From the NCBI GenBank assembly GCA_036172245.1, contig JAYWIR010000001.1, positions 5,394,001 through 5,458,000 of the forward strand: 64,000 bases of DNA, read 5' to 3'. Origin of the DNA: Raillietiella orientalis. Taxonomy: Eukaryota. Position 1 is the first letter of the stretch; each line of letters starts with the position of its first letter. Below are positions 1-12,900 of this stretch, one piece after another. Below the pieces are notes generated by a model. The model had not been told where the DNA came from and did not search any database. It saw only the letters and a list, made by a program, of their open reading frames with translations. Both the position numbers and the translations under genes were made by a program.

Positions 1-964
1 AGCGCCCCTGCTCCGAGTTCCCTCCGGGACGCGCGGTCCATCAGGCATTCTGGTCAAAGCTCTCTCGTGCAAGCGTGGACCAGAGCATTGGGATTCCTCC
101 GTCGTCTTCCCGCTGCCGCGGTTCTGAGCGGCCGGCGCTCTTCCCAGAAGACAGCGTCGATCGCTCCCGCTCCTGCTTTCGGACAGGCCCTTCCCCGTCG
201 CTCCCTGGATCCCTGGTGATGACCTGCGACCGCCCCGCGGGAAAGCCCCACGCTTCCCCACAGGTGCACTCCACAGCTCTCCAGAGAGGATTCACGGGCA
301 GGGAAGAAGGGAAAAAAAAAAAAAGCTGGATGGAATTTTCAGCGGGGAGCAAAAAGCGCTCGTAAGGGCTGCTGCTCCACTGCACGCGCGTGCGTGCGTT
401 GTTCGCGCCATCCGGCACTTGAGAGCGCGCGAAGAGGAACGCCCGGTATGCCTCGCGAACCATCCGCGTTCGGGCGTCCGGGCGTTCTTCTCCAGGCATG
501 GGTGCGCGCCTACGCCGCGGCCAGCCGCGGCCAGCCTCGGGCAGGCAGGCGCGCGCGCAACAGCGCGGGAGTTTTGCGTGCGCGCGCGCGCTCGCTCGCT
601 CGCACGAGATCCGTCTCCCTTAAGCGCCGAGCCTCTGGACAGAGGCGCGCGCGCGCGCGTTACCTGGAAACGGCCTCGGCGCTTTCGAGCGAACGCTTTT
701 TCCTCGAAAAGCCAACCACGCGAGAGTGACGCGTCCTTTCTCCTCCCCCTCCTCCCCGGCGAATAAAAGCGGCGGAAAAAAAAAAAAAAAAAGTCGCAAG
801 CTCATAACGACTTCAAATGAGCTGAACCTGCAATTAAGATTTACCCCCTGTCGTAAAAACGCGAACATTCCGCGGAGAGGAGCGCACATACCGAAGATTA
901 GCATTCTGGAAACCGATTCCGCGTCCAGCCCGCATGCAAATGAACGGTTGGCATCTCTCTCCGC

Positions 965-979
965 GTGTGCGTGCGTGAG

Positions 980-1012
<33 letters not shown>

Positions 1013-1017
1013 GCGCG
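965..1017. repeat. (GCGT)n microsatellite ending in (CG)n
   Basis: Directly visible tandem repeat. Confidence 0.9.
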
Positions 1018-1175
1018 TTTCTTCTGCCTTCTCCCGTCCCGAGTTGCTCCTTTGTATTTCAAAAAACCCACTCGCACAACAGCTCCTCCTCTTTACTGGA
1101 AAGACGGCAAAAAAAAGGAGGAAGTAAAAAAAAAAAAAAGGCATCCCCCTCCCCCCCCCAAAAAAACAAACCGAG

Positions 1176-1189
1176 GTTGCCATAGAAAC
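1176..1189. promoter_or_regulatory. X-box (RFX/DAF-19-type) motif GTTGCCATAGAAAC
   Basis: Exact match to the consensus GTHNYYATRRNAAC, in an AT-rich island with an octamer ATGCAAAT at 934-941. Function not shown. Confidence 0.4.
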
Positions 1190-1275
1190 CATTGTTACGC
1201 AACAGTGATTCGCTTTCATCCACGCAATCGGAAGCGTCCTTTTTGTAGGCCTTGTTTGTTTGTCTTTCTCTCCTT

Positions 1276-1316
1276 GTGTGTATGTGTGTGTGTGTGTGTG
1301 TGTGCGCGCGCGCGCG
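1276..1316. repeat. (TG)n(CG)n alternating purine-pyrimidine tract
   Basis: Directly visible. A similar tract is at 43059-43087. Confidence 0.9.
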
Positions 1317-2087
1317 CCAGCGCGTTAGTACGTGTGTGTGTACGTTTTAATGGCTTGGTTTCCTCTCGCTCCCGAATCATCCAGAGAACTCCCAATTAGG
1401 CAGAGCGCTAATACGGGAAACCCTCCGCGTTCGACTTCCATCCATCACCGACGTTCCGTCTCCTCGACCCGCGTGTGCATGTGCTTTCTATTCATGTCCT
1501 CTCTCTGCTCTCAGGATGCTGTGCCGTGCTCCCCCTCCTCCTGACTTCCTCTTCTCCCTCCCCCCTTTCTTTCCCCCCCCTTTTTTTTTGCTTTTCTTCG
1601 GAGAACGCAGGATTCATCTCGGCGCGCAAGCGGAAAGGATTACGACGCGCGCGTTCTCGTCCCTTCCCCGTGATTCCGCGAGCCCACTCGGAAAGAAGGG
1701 CCTGCCCCCGATGGATCGCATGGTCCCTTTCCCTGAGGCGTTCGTTCCTGGACTTCTTTTACTGCCTGACCTGCTTTGTCTCGATCCCTTCCGTCTGCTA
1801 CGGTCATTAATTAATTTAACCACGGCCATCACCATTGGCGCGTCTGTTCTTTTTCAGGGTGCTGGGAGCGAAAATAGGGGAGTTCCCTCGGCGCCCTTTC
1901 CAACAAGATTTTCCTTGCTCTTTCGCAGCTGCGATGCGCTGTTCCTGCCTGTGGGGAAGCGCTGATGATGCGCGTCGAGTTGACCGAAAAGCCCTCCCCA
2001 TAGGACGATCTCTGTCCAGGTCTCCGTCCCCGTCCACATCATCGTCGTCATTGTCAAGCCCGCCTGAGCGCATCGTGCCGTCATCGT

Positions 2088-3909
2088 AGTCGTACCCGCC
2101 GCCACCACCACTGTCGTTGGTGTCCTTATCATCGGCGTGCGGTCGCCACTGTCGTTGGTCATAGCAGCGTCCTCGCGAGAGAACCGGCGCGCCGCGGCAG
2201 GACTGCGGCTGCCGTGATCGCCGTCGCCAGCGCCATCGTCTTCCTCATCTTCGCCTTCTCCGCCACCGTCATGCCGAAAGTCATCCTCCGTCGTGGCAGG
2301 TGGCCACTCTGTCTAAGTACCAGGCAGGGTTGTCACTGCCGCGCCTCGATTTTGCGCGCGCCCGCGGACGCGCCTCTCACAGCGCCGCCGCTGGCGACCG
2401 CTTTCCTGGAGGCGGGGCAGCAGTTGAAGGCCTTCCAAAAGTCGCCACACCGAAAGAAGCCTCCTCGGATGGTCGCGGACGAGTCCGAGAGCGGAAAAAG
2501 GCTTCTGCCCGCGATGGGTAGATGGATACGACGATGCGTCGGCATCCTCAGCAGCAGCAGCGGGACTCCTCCCCGTTCCCCCCTGCATCTCTGACCGATC
2601 TCGGAGAATTGACGGACGCTCCCGGTGAGCGTGGCTCGGGGTAGACGCGGAGACGGTGTCCCCGCCTTTTTGCTTTCGCAGACATCGGGGAAGACCTCGC
2701 CAGACGCTTCTGAGGTCCGTCTTTGGCGAGCTCCTGGACCCTTACTCCCACCTGGAACGCAAAGGGAGGACGACCGCATGTCCTCCCTTTGCGTCCTCGG
2801 CCGCGATGTCCGATCCACGAGCGGTGGAGCGGAAGAGGTTCGGAAACCGCCCGCCTCGTCCTCCGACGGTCGCGCGCGCGCTTCCGGTAGAGGGAGAGGA
2901 TAGGGGGGACCTGAGACGAAAGTAGCGCCGTTCCGACGAGTCCACGGATCGCCGCCCCTCCCCCGTGCCGCCGCTTCGCGTTCCCGGCTGCCACCGCCGC
3001 CGCGGGCCTCTCGCGGCGGTACGTGGCGGCTCCATTCCGGCGTCGTAAACTTTTACGAGGGGAGGAGCAGCGTTACGGCGGTTTAAATTTTTCCTCAGAG
3101 TTTCCCAAGGAATATCAAAAGCTGCTGCTGCTGCTGCTGCTGCCGCCGTTCCCTCCCCCGCACACCAACTCGCTTTCGCTCTTGCGGACAGAAGGGAAAC
3201 ACTCGCTTGCCTCGCTCGCACTGCTCTCTCTCTCTTTCTCCTCTTTCCTTTCTTTTCGTTTTTTTCTTGCGCGCGCGTCTTTCCGTTTTGCTTTCCGCTC
3301 TGCTTCTGTGCGCGCGTTTTTCTCCTCCCCCCCCCCATCCCCCCAAGGCTGCTAGCGGTGCCACCGTCAGGCAAGCGCGGCAGACTTGTAGGTCGCTGGC
3401 ATGCGACCGCGGGATTCCCCCCACCTGGCTGGCGGGTCCCCTCTGGAGATTGCAATCTGCCCCGCCCGCCATAGAGATAACGCGCTCTTTCGCGAGGAGC
3501 ATTCGAGAAGGTTTCGGCCTTCGGGCGTTTCCAGGAAACGGGAATTTTCCGCGACCCTTCGCTGAAGGACTTCGGCTTCTGCCTCGCCTCCAGGAAAGCG
3601 GTCGCCAGTGGAGGCGCTGCGAGAGGCGCGCCCGCGGGCGCGCGCAAAATCGAGGCGCGGCAGTGGCAACCCTGCCTGGTACTTGGACAGCGTGGCCACC
3701 TGCCACGACGGAGGATGACTTTCGGCGTGACGGTCGCGACGAAGGAGAAGGCGAAGATGAGGAAGGCGATGGCGCTGGCGACAGCGATCGCGGCAGTCGC
3801 AGTCCTGCCGCGGCGCGCTGGTTCTCTCGCAAGGACGCTGCTGTGACCATGGCGACCGCACGCCGATGATAAGGACACCGACGACAGCGGCAGTGGTGGC
3901 GGCACGACG
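2088..3909. repeat. Long inverted repeat pair (arms ~2088-2445 and ~3551-3909, spacer ~1.1 kb)
   Basis: The arms are reverse-complementary over ~355 bp. The ORF track gives near-identical peptides on opposite strands (2214+ IAVASAIVFLIFAFS..PKVILRRGRWP..STRQGCHCRASILRAPA vs 2742-). Confidence 0.9.
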
Positions 3910-6900
3910 CTCTCAGACGAAGTGTCATCATCGGCGATGGCGACAGTGATAATCGAGCAGGGCCCGCGAGCGAGCCATGGCTCCTCTTCGTTGGCGCTCA
4001 CCAAGAGGTCGCCTGCCCTCCCCCTTCCCTTGTCGTTCCCCGGCGTTCCTTCCAGCGAGGGGCGTCTGCTTGCTCGGGATGCTCCAGACGCCCCAGCGTG
4101 TCCCACGCGTTCCTCTGCACCCCGCGGCGCCGCCGGCGGTTGAACCCCCCCCCCCTGCGCGCCCACATAATCACCGCCACGACCGCAAGACGGCGGCGGA
4201 CGTCGCCTTCGTCGGCATCAGGGAGCGCCGCCGGCTGGGCACGGAGGTGGGCGTCGCCTCGGGAAGCCCGACAGCGTGCCGTGGCGACCGGGCGGGAGCT
4301 CGCGGAGAGTCCCTCTTACTCCTCGCGGAGGCGCCACCTTCGCGGAAACGAAGCAATATGCCCCGCAAGGTCTCGGCTCTACCGCGGAGGGAACCGCCGC
4401 AGCGGCGACAGGGAGCGGCGTGGTTACCAAAGAGCCATATGCGATGCGCCTGGGGCAGTAGCCCCTCCGGGCGTGCGTCCCGGATGGGTGCTTCTGCGGA
4501 GTCGAAGAGTGAGGGTAAGGAAGAGGTGCTCCCCTCAGACTTCCGGATCCCCGCAGGCGAGGGGGTTCTTTGCCAGGACGGAAGGAGGAGGGAAGGGGGA
4601 GAGCAGCCCTCTTCTAGCGAGGCTTTGCTCATCGCCTGAGGCTCGAAGGACCCGGACGGGAAGGGCTGGCTCGGCGGAGTCAGTGCTTCCTCTCCCTTCT
4701 CCCTGCCCCTGGAGCGGAGCAGGACGCAAGGCTGTCCGCCTTCGGAATGGGCCAAGAGCAGAGTGGGACAGTCCTTCAGCACTTTCTCGCAGTTACGTGG
4801 TCCCTACTCCTCCCTACCCCTCCAGGGAAAGGGAACAAGGGAGCAGCGGCGAACAGTTGGAAACCGACGCGGCTGCACGCACAAGCGAGCAACACCTACG
4901 GGTCACCCAGCAGCCTCCTTCGCGGAGGCGGCAGCGACGGCGGCGACGGCAGCACGTCCGCGTTGCCAGGTCAACGCTAGCAAGCGGTGGGGAAGAGACT
5001 CGGAGGGGTCCCCTGAGGGGGGCCGAACCGGCGTCGGACGAGGAATCCGGAGTGGACCCCAGGAGCAGACTGAAGAGCTGCGTTTGCCCTTCGAGAGACG
5101 CGAGGTAAGGAAGTAGAGGGGGTGGTCCAGAGAAGGAAACGAGGCGAGACGAAGGATGGGAAGAAAGGCGCAATCGCCGCTGTGTCTGGCGGGTTTCAGA
5201 CTCTCCGCATGAGAGGCAGAAAGAAGAGAAAGGGAGGAGAGGAGAGGAGAGAAAGAGAAGGAAGGAGGAAGAGGAGCGGCAGGCGGGTGCACGTGGGCAT
5301 GGACGGATGAACAGGGAGGGTAACGGGGAACGGAGCACCCTTGGTGGCGCTGGTGACGATGGCTGCAATAGTGGAAGACGCCGTCGTCGAATGAGGTGAG
5401 CGGAGGTGCCCGCGGGTCACGCATCCCGACGGCGTTTCGGACGGGAGCGCGAAACGCACGCAGCTTCAAGGGCGCGGGGCAGACCCGAGTGCGCAGCCAG
5501 CGCTGGGCTCGGAGAGAGAGCGACCCAGCGTACGTTCCCAAGCAGCTGCTGCCGCTGGGATTGTTCCAGGCGACCCGCGCCCCGATGCGAATTGTAGCGA
5601 CGCCTCCGGGCGCGCGCGACAAAGGAGGTTTCTCTCCGCGCGGGCCCGCGGTGCGCGGCGGCGCGTCATGCTGAGGCAATGGCGCCGGGGCTGGCGCAGC
5701 CAGCCCCCAGTGCGGACCGCCGCCGCTCCTCTTCCGCCTGTCCGGGGGAAGGCTGGCCCGTGGCTCCGCTCCGAGCGACGACCCTCGAGGGGGGAAAGCG
5801 AGGTTTCCCGAGGCGCCGCCCACGGCAGACGGGAGAAGGAATTTTTCCCTCACTGGGGATTCGTGCGGCGGCGGCGCTACAGTCGTTGGTGATCCGGAAA
5901 TCCACCAGGAAGGATTCTGTTTGGAAAAAAGACAGGGAGTTGTCTCCGCTGCCTGCCGACCGAGATGAGATCATCCGCCGAGGTGGCTGCTGCCGCTGCC
6001 ACCCCGGCGCAGAGTTAAGGAGGCGCTGAACTCGGGCCGGGAGAAGCCCGGAGATAAAAAAAAAAAAAAAAAAGGAGGGGGGGGGGAGAGCGCGGAGGGG
6101 AGAAGAAGAAGAAAAAAAATTCCTACCCGAGCGCGCGGACTCGTCTCTCCCCGAGGGTGGCGAATCCGCGCGCGCGGATCCACGGACGGCGAACACGGAA
6201 GCGAGGATCGATAGCCGAGACCATCTCATTAATGCAGTGTCCTTTGTTTTGTTCCTGGGCATGCACCTTTCCCCCCCTCCTCCTTGAACTCCATTTTTAG
6301 CATGTGAATGCGTCCGGACCCGCGGGTCGTAAAGCCAGAATTGAAAGGCGAGAGAGAATGAAAAGGTTGCCCGGGAAACGGACGGAAAAGGAAAGTTGAC
6401 GGAGGCACTTCAAAAACACACTACCTGCAAATAAACGCAACAAAAGGTCAGACCCCTCGCCGCTCCCCCTCCTCCCCTTCCTCCTCCTCCCCTCTCCCCC
6501 TTTCCCCCTCGTATCGCTCCCAGGACCCGCGTCGAACGCTTTGTAAAAAGGCAGCGTTACATCGGTGTATTTCTCATTAGCTCGGGGCGCTTGACTTTCG
6601 GTACCATCCATTAACTCTTGATTGACACGTGCATTGCTCGAGATGGTTGTACGTACGATTTCGATAACAATCCCGATGCAGCATCGCCTCCTCTTTCTCC
6701 TCCCCCCCCCTCCTCGCTTCCGTTCCCTTTGCCTTTCAGGTGTAACAGCTGAGCAGTTGGGACAATAAGTCAGCTGAAAACTCCGTGATTGACATGCAGA
6801 GTCTGACGCGAAGCTGGAAATCTCTCGTCACCATGCGGCACTAATAGGATCCATCTAATAGGATAGAGGAGCTGATGCTAGTCGCAATAAGGGTAGCGGG

Positions 6901-9900
6901 AAATGGTCCGAGTTATTCTTCCTCGACGTGGAAGCTCTTTAACCCTCGCTCGACTGCTATATTAAACGCATGTGAGGCATTTATTTGCTCTTGTCACTGG
7001 TAAGTGTAGTTCTGCGTTCATAAATGACAACAGCTTGTCGCTGCCGCTGCCGCTTTTGCCTTTCCTCCCCCCCCCCCCTTTCCTTTTCGCCTTCCTCCCA
7101 GGGACAACCGGGCTGATTAGCACAATCACTCATGGAACATCCCAATCAAAAAGGATTACTCTCGTCCGTCCGTCCGTCCTCCGGCAGCTCCCGTAATTAT
7201 CGACTAACGACGCGTTTCGGAGGGATTCCTCTCCGGCGTCAACCAGCTCCCGGACCACCGTGCGATCTTCCGTCTCCACCGGACGGACGCCGCCGCCGCC
7301 GCAGCAGCAGCAGCAGCAGCTCTCCCGAAAACGCTGATGGGTACCGCCGCGGAGTCTCCAAAGCATCCGGTGGACGCGTCCTCCCACCACCCTCTCGCGC
7401 GGTCTGTCCGGTGGGGGAGTTTCGACTGCTTCTCTTAGCAGACCGACCGGCCCTGCCGAGGGAAGCGGCCCGCCCGCACGATCCTCTACATAAAACGCGC
7501 CAGTACATAACGGAAACTCTTCGGCCGAGGATCTCCTCCCCGACTCGGAATCGGAATGCGCTGGCTCCCATGTTGTCGGGACTTCCAGCCGATGAAATGG
7601 TGCATCTGCGCTATCCGTCTCGAGCCGGCTACTGCCCTGTCATCTCTTGGCAGCCGGGCAAAGTGCTCGCGCGCGGTCGCGGTCCTATTCGTTCGCAGTG
7701 CGTTCTGATGTTTTTTCCTTCTTCTGCCTTTTCTTGCCTTCCGAGGAAGAGACTTGGCGAAAATCAAACGTCTTTCACGGCCTCTTCTCCTCTGACGTCT
7801 TTCACGTGAGAACTGAGCACCAGTGGGTGTTCTGTTTTGAGTGTGTGTGCATGTGCGTGCGTATGTGTCATCTATTTTCGTTCATTGTTACTATTTGGAA
7901 TCAATTCCTTGGAAACGGAACGCAAAGAAAGAAACTTTGGCATCCGAATGCGTCGTCTTCGAGCCGCTTCCTGTCATTCTACGGAAGAGATTCGTCCACG
8001 GGATGTGTGCGTAAATAGAGGGGAACCGACTGGTTTCGAGATTCACCAAAAAGCCACTCATGGTACACGCAGATGCACGCTGTTTTCCTTCCAAAGATCC
8101 GTTGATCAATAATTTCACAAGTTTCATCAAAACAGAATGAGAGTTGCCTTACAATGATCATCACCATCCTACGTATCGCGCGCCTCGGAAATGAGGCAGT
8201 CTTCTGGAACCGAGAAAAATGCTCGAGTCACCGAGTGCACCAACGTTCCGTGCTCTCTGTGGGAGGAAAAAAATTCCTCCCGATGCTTTCGGATGTTTAC
8301 CCTTGCCGATTGGGAACGCAGACTCTCCTACTGGGTGAAATCGTAACAACAACAAATGTTCCGTCCACAAACTGCCGAGGAACAGGAAATTCGAAAGACC
8401 ACTTGCGTTGTACGGGAGGCTACGTATGTTTGCCGTGTTTCCTTTCAGGTACACCCCCTGGTGTGTCCAGCATGGATTCGCCTGCAAGCAATCTTTTTCT
8501 TGATGCACACCACTAATTTCGGGTTGCCGCAGGAACGGCAGGAATCCACTGCTGGCGTCTTATCTGTGCTCTCCTGCAACAAAGAGGAACCCGACGTCTT
8601 ACTTGGATGCAAGATCACTCGGATTTCTGCCTGACGACCCGTGCTTGAAATGGCACGTAATTCAAGTGGAGCACGGCATGCCATCGGAACACGAATCCCC
8701 CGTGCTTCCTACCAGATGTTCCGATATTTGGGCCGGATGGAGTCCAAACAGCATTAGTTTTTAATGAATTGTCTAAGACAGTGTGTAATTTCTACTAGGC
8801 ACTCGAAGGCCGGACCGTCTGCTTGTTCCACGTATCCCTAAATAGGCCAATATTTCTTGAACCCTTCTCTGAAAAAGGAAAAAGACTTTTTTTCCGAAAT
8901 TCGGCACGGCAAAGTTTGCACTTGATGTGGTCCAGCTGTACCTGTAATCAATGGTGCGTGTTTCATGCCGGCCGCAACGTTCAAGTATCGAAAATCATCG
9001 TAAAATGGGAAGCGGAGGACAGTTCGTTAGTTTTGTGAACACTTCCGCAAGAAAGAAGGAAAAAAAAAAGGATCAGGAGGGCTGGAGCAGTGGTTTGTGA
9101 CCGACGCACGATGTCGACTCGGCGACGATTCCGTGTGCAAGAAATAAATCGAAGCACTTTTGGTCTAAACACTTGGGAGCGCATACGATCTCGATTTCAA
9201 CAATCGAAAACTTCGACAACCTCCGGACGCTTGTTCGAACAATGAGCTTCGATCGATTTCAACAATCGAAACAATCGAAGGGAAGCGCGCATTGTAGACG
9301 ATTCCATTGTTGAGCTTTTGCGGCATTTTGAAATTCGTTTTGAAATCCCCATTTGAATTACAATTACTTCTAATTTATCATGAATTGGGATTTCTTTTTT
9401 TCCTTTTCTTTTTTCTTTTTTTTCGATTCCTCTCACTCTTTATCTAACGAGCAATTTTTCATCTATGAAGGTTGCGTTTTTTTTTTTTTTTTTTTCTAGA
9501 GCAACAAAAAAAAAAAAGATTCCAACGTAAAAGAGATCATTCATTCGTAGCAGAAAGCTGTCATCAGAAGAAAACAAAAATTAAATCTTTCGCTGAATAA
9601 GTACGGAAAAGGACAGGATGAGCTCTTCCCTAGCAGAAAGAAACGATTCCTTGGCAACCTAGCATGATGCGTGCGTTGCTAGCCAGGGCTGCACATGCCC
9701 AGGACGGTGTGCGCGTCTGCCACACTGGTTCTGCGTTGCTCCGGGCGGAGGCCGGCATGCAGCAGGACTCGCACCATCGTCGTATTTCCCGCGCGTGAGC
9801 AGGATCCCAGACGCGACTCTCATTATCCCGAAATGGTACGGAAGGTTTCTTTCTTTCTGAAAATGCATTTCCTTCCAAGCGTTTCGGGAGATCCGCGTCC

Positions 9901-12900
9901 CCGTCGGAGGACCCGGAAAACAAGGCTGAGTGTTCCGACCGACGGGGCGGAATGGGAAAGCAGCGGGGGAAAAACTGCAAAAGGGAGGCCATTGGAAGCG
10001 GGGCTGCTGCCTGCCCTTCTTCCTCCTTAATCGCTCCGTCGAGGATCCGGCAAACGCGACCAGGTCTCTTCGGCGCGGTCCGGTTGTTTACGGAGGATGC
10101 AAATTTCACGAGTCGGGGCATCGCGGGGACCTTGGCGGTTCTTGAGCTGCACGACGGCCGCTTAGGAGAGAGCGTTCAGGTGTGCTCGCCGACGTCAGTC
10201 GCCGAAGGAAAAGCTGCCAGCAGAGTTGGCCATTCGGGGATCTCCATGTTTCTTGAACCCTTGGAGCGCCGGCGCACTGCGAGGAGGGAGGGAGAGGGGG
10301 GAGGCAGCGAATTTTATTATCGGTGTAATTCTTTCTTTCTTTCTTTCCTTTCTCGCGAAGTCTGCTGTAGTCCCATCAGCTCCGGGGAGGGTTGCACCAT
10401 CGCCTCGCGAACACGGAGAGGCAGACTCTCCTCTGCCGCCGCGGAGGAGGCGTGGGAAGAGCTCCTGCGAGAGATGGGCTGCCCGCCGAAGACCGGCAGG
10501 AAGGCGGCGTCGGCATCGGTGGGAGGCCCCGGGGGTCTTGGCACGCGCGGCTTCGGGCCGTGCCAACTTCGCATTCGGTGGGAGTGGAAAGCAGGAGTGG
10601 GAAGAAGAATAACCATCCCTGACGTTCGTTCCCTCGTCTGCCGTGGTCATTCCGCCAGATCAGCAAAAAGCTGCGCGCGCGGCAGCAGCAGCAGCAAGGA
10701 AAAGCCCTCCAGAAATGCAGGCCAATTAGGTGGCTGAAGACCGGGCATGATGGCGCAGGCAGTTCCCCACTCCCCCTTCCTCCTCCTTCTCCCAGTGGCT
10801 GTTCCTAAGAGCAAAGGAAGGAAGGGGGAAACTAATGAATGCATCGAAGCGAATTGAGATTGACCTCGAAGTCACTCCAGTACGGAACACATTGTACCAC
10901 CAGTTGCCAAGAGCGCCGTACGCAGACAGGCGACACCCGGCGGCGCCGAGCCAAACCGGGCACCCCGGCGCCGAGGAAGGAAAGTCGCGGGGCGGAGACG
11001 GGAGATGAAGGATGCTCGGGAGAGCCGGTTGCCATGGAGCGGGAGCGGAAGAGCGTGCGGAGGTTACCCGGCGAACGGGCAGGGAAATTTCGAAAACGGG
11101 AGGATAGGAGATACCCCGGAACCGTCTCGCGACGAATAGGGAGTTCGTCTCCAAGCAGGAGAGACCCAGCCACTTCCCAGCAACGGCACGAAGTTGAGTC
11201 GTGGTCGCCATGGAGAACCACAGAAAGCCGAACTGGTCGAGCAGCGGTTTTTTCGTAGGTCCTGTTTCTAATGGGACCCACGAGGACGGATGGTAGCGGA
11301 TTCCAATGTGGTACTGGCGACGCTGCGAGACGACGGTGCAGCGACACCGAGGTGCTGCGAAATGACGTCGATGTGACATCGCGATGTTCCAGTCGGGCGC
11401 ATCGCCGCTGGCTACAGAGAACAGTTCCCTGAGCTGCTGCCCAAGCGCGCTTTTCCCCGCTCCCCTCCCGAGACCTCGTCGCCCCTCCTTGGTGGATCTA
11501 CTGCAGGCGCAGCCGCCAACGCCTCCTTGGTTGAGCGCTTCCCTCCCGGGCGCATTCTTGGGGAGTGCCTCTGCCCAAGGAGAGGAGGCGAGAGCGGACT
11601 CGAGCTCGTCAGCAGCGCCCCGTCCCTCCGGGATCTCCTGCCCTCCTACTCCCCTTGGCCTCTCATCGGACCTTCCTGAGGACCGCGGATGGGTCGGAAT
11701 TCCCCCTCCTCCTGCAGGATTCGCCCCTCGAAAACGCTTCGCTTTCGGAGTCCCTACGCGGCCGAGACTAGATGTGGGGAGGCAGGGGGGAAGATGAGAG
11801 CTGATGAGCCAGGACCCGTGACGCGCCCTTCGCGGCACGGTGGCACCCGGTGCTCGCGCGGCGAGAGACTCTCGCTGGCTCATGACGGGACTGCGGAAGA
11901 CGTTCTCACGCGAACCGCCTCGCAGCCATCAGAGAGCGAAGGATCCGCTTCCTCCTTTCCGAGATGCACCGCTCCTTCTCGTCCGGTGCGGAAACGCAAT
12001 GACCCCTGGACTTTCTTCCCCCTCCCCTCCCCCTGGAGGAGGGACAACCGTAGCCCTCAGACTCAGCGTCCTCGCCGTGCTCGGCATCAGCCACGCTCCA
12101 GCCACACCTCCCCCGCGTCGATAGCGGGCCCTCTGATTCGCGTTCTCTAACCAGCCAAATCGCCCGAGGCGAAGTCCCATTCAGTGTCCCCCCATTCCCC
12201 TCTTTCCTCCCTCCTCGCCTCTTCGGCGAGGCCGTCTTTATGACGAAGGTTGACGCGATCGCGCGTCGTTATGACGGGAGCGCGCGGTGCATCGGCAGTG
12301 GGTCAACCCTCCTCGGGAGGAGTGGCGAGGGCGCGCTCTCAGCCCCCTTCTCCCCTGGTCACCTCCGCTTCGCGTTTCCATTTTTATCTTTTTCCCCATT
12401 CTCCGGGGACCCAGGGAGTCGTTTCTGCTCGAATGCACTCGGCGGCTCTGCGAGGGAAGGATAGGAAGAGCACGAACCCCGGCAGGCGGATCTTCGACCC
12501 GGGGGGAGTTCCTCTGCCGTCCCACGGGCGGTGGGACTGGCGTCCGGAGCGCACAGGCTTCACTGCCCATTCAATACGGCAGCGAGGGAGCGCTGGGCCC
12601 TTTCCCTGGAGCGTTCCTGGTGGGCCGCGACGGGGAAGGAACTGGAGATTTGCGGGTCTCGAGGAAAGGGCGCGAAGCCCGCCCCTGAACCCACTGCGGG
12701 CAGAGCTTCCGACGGTATCCGGCAGGGAGGTCCGACGTCCCTCGGGGTCGCGCGAGATGGTGGCAAAAATGCCCCGAGGTGGGTTGGCCTCCCGTCCGAG
12801 GAACGGGCACCCCGACGCACGCTACTTCCCCCCCCCCCCTCCCTTTCCCCTTAGCCGCCGCTCCTCCGTTCGGTCGTGCCGAAAGGCTGACCTTCAGTTC

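Noticed and set aside
8640-8693. AATGGCACGTAATTCA resembling miR-263/228/183 in a small hairpin
   Set aside because: The hairpin is only ~54 nt, and a mature-length product would run through the loop.
9191-9271. 19-bp direct repeat TCGATTTCAACAATCGAAA (9191 and 9253)
   Set aside because: Only two copies in a eukaryotic context. Not a CRISPR array; probably a local duplication or MITE remnant.
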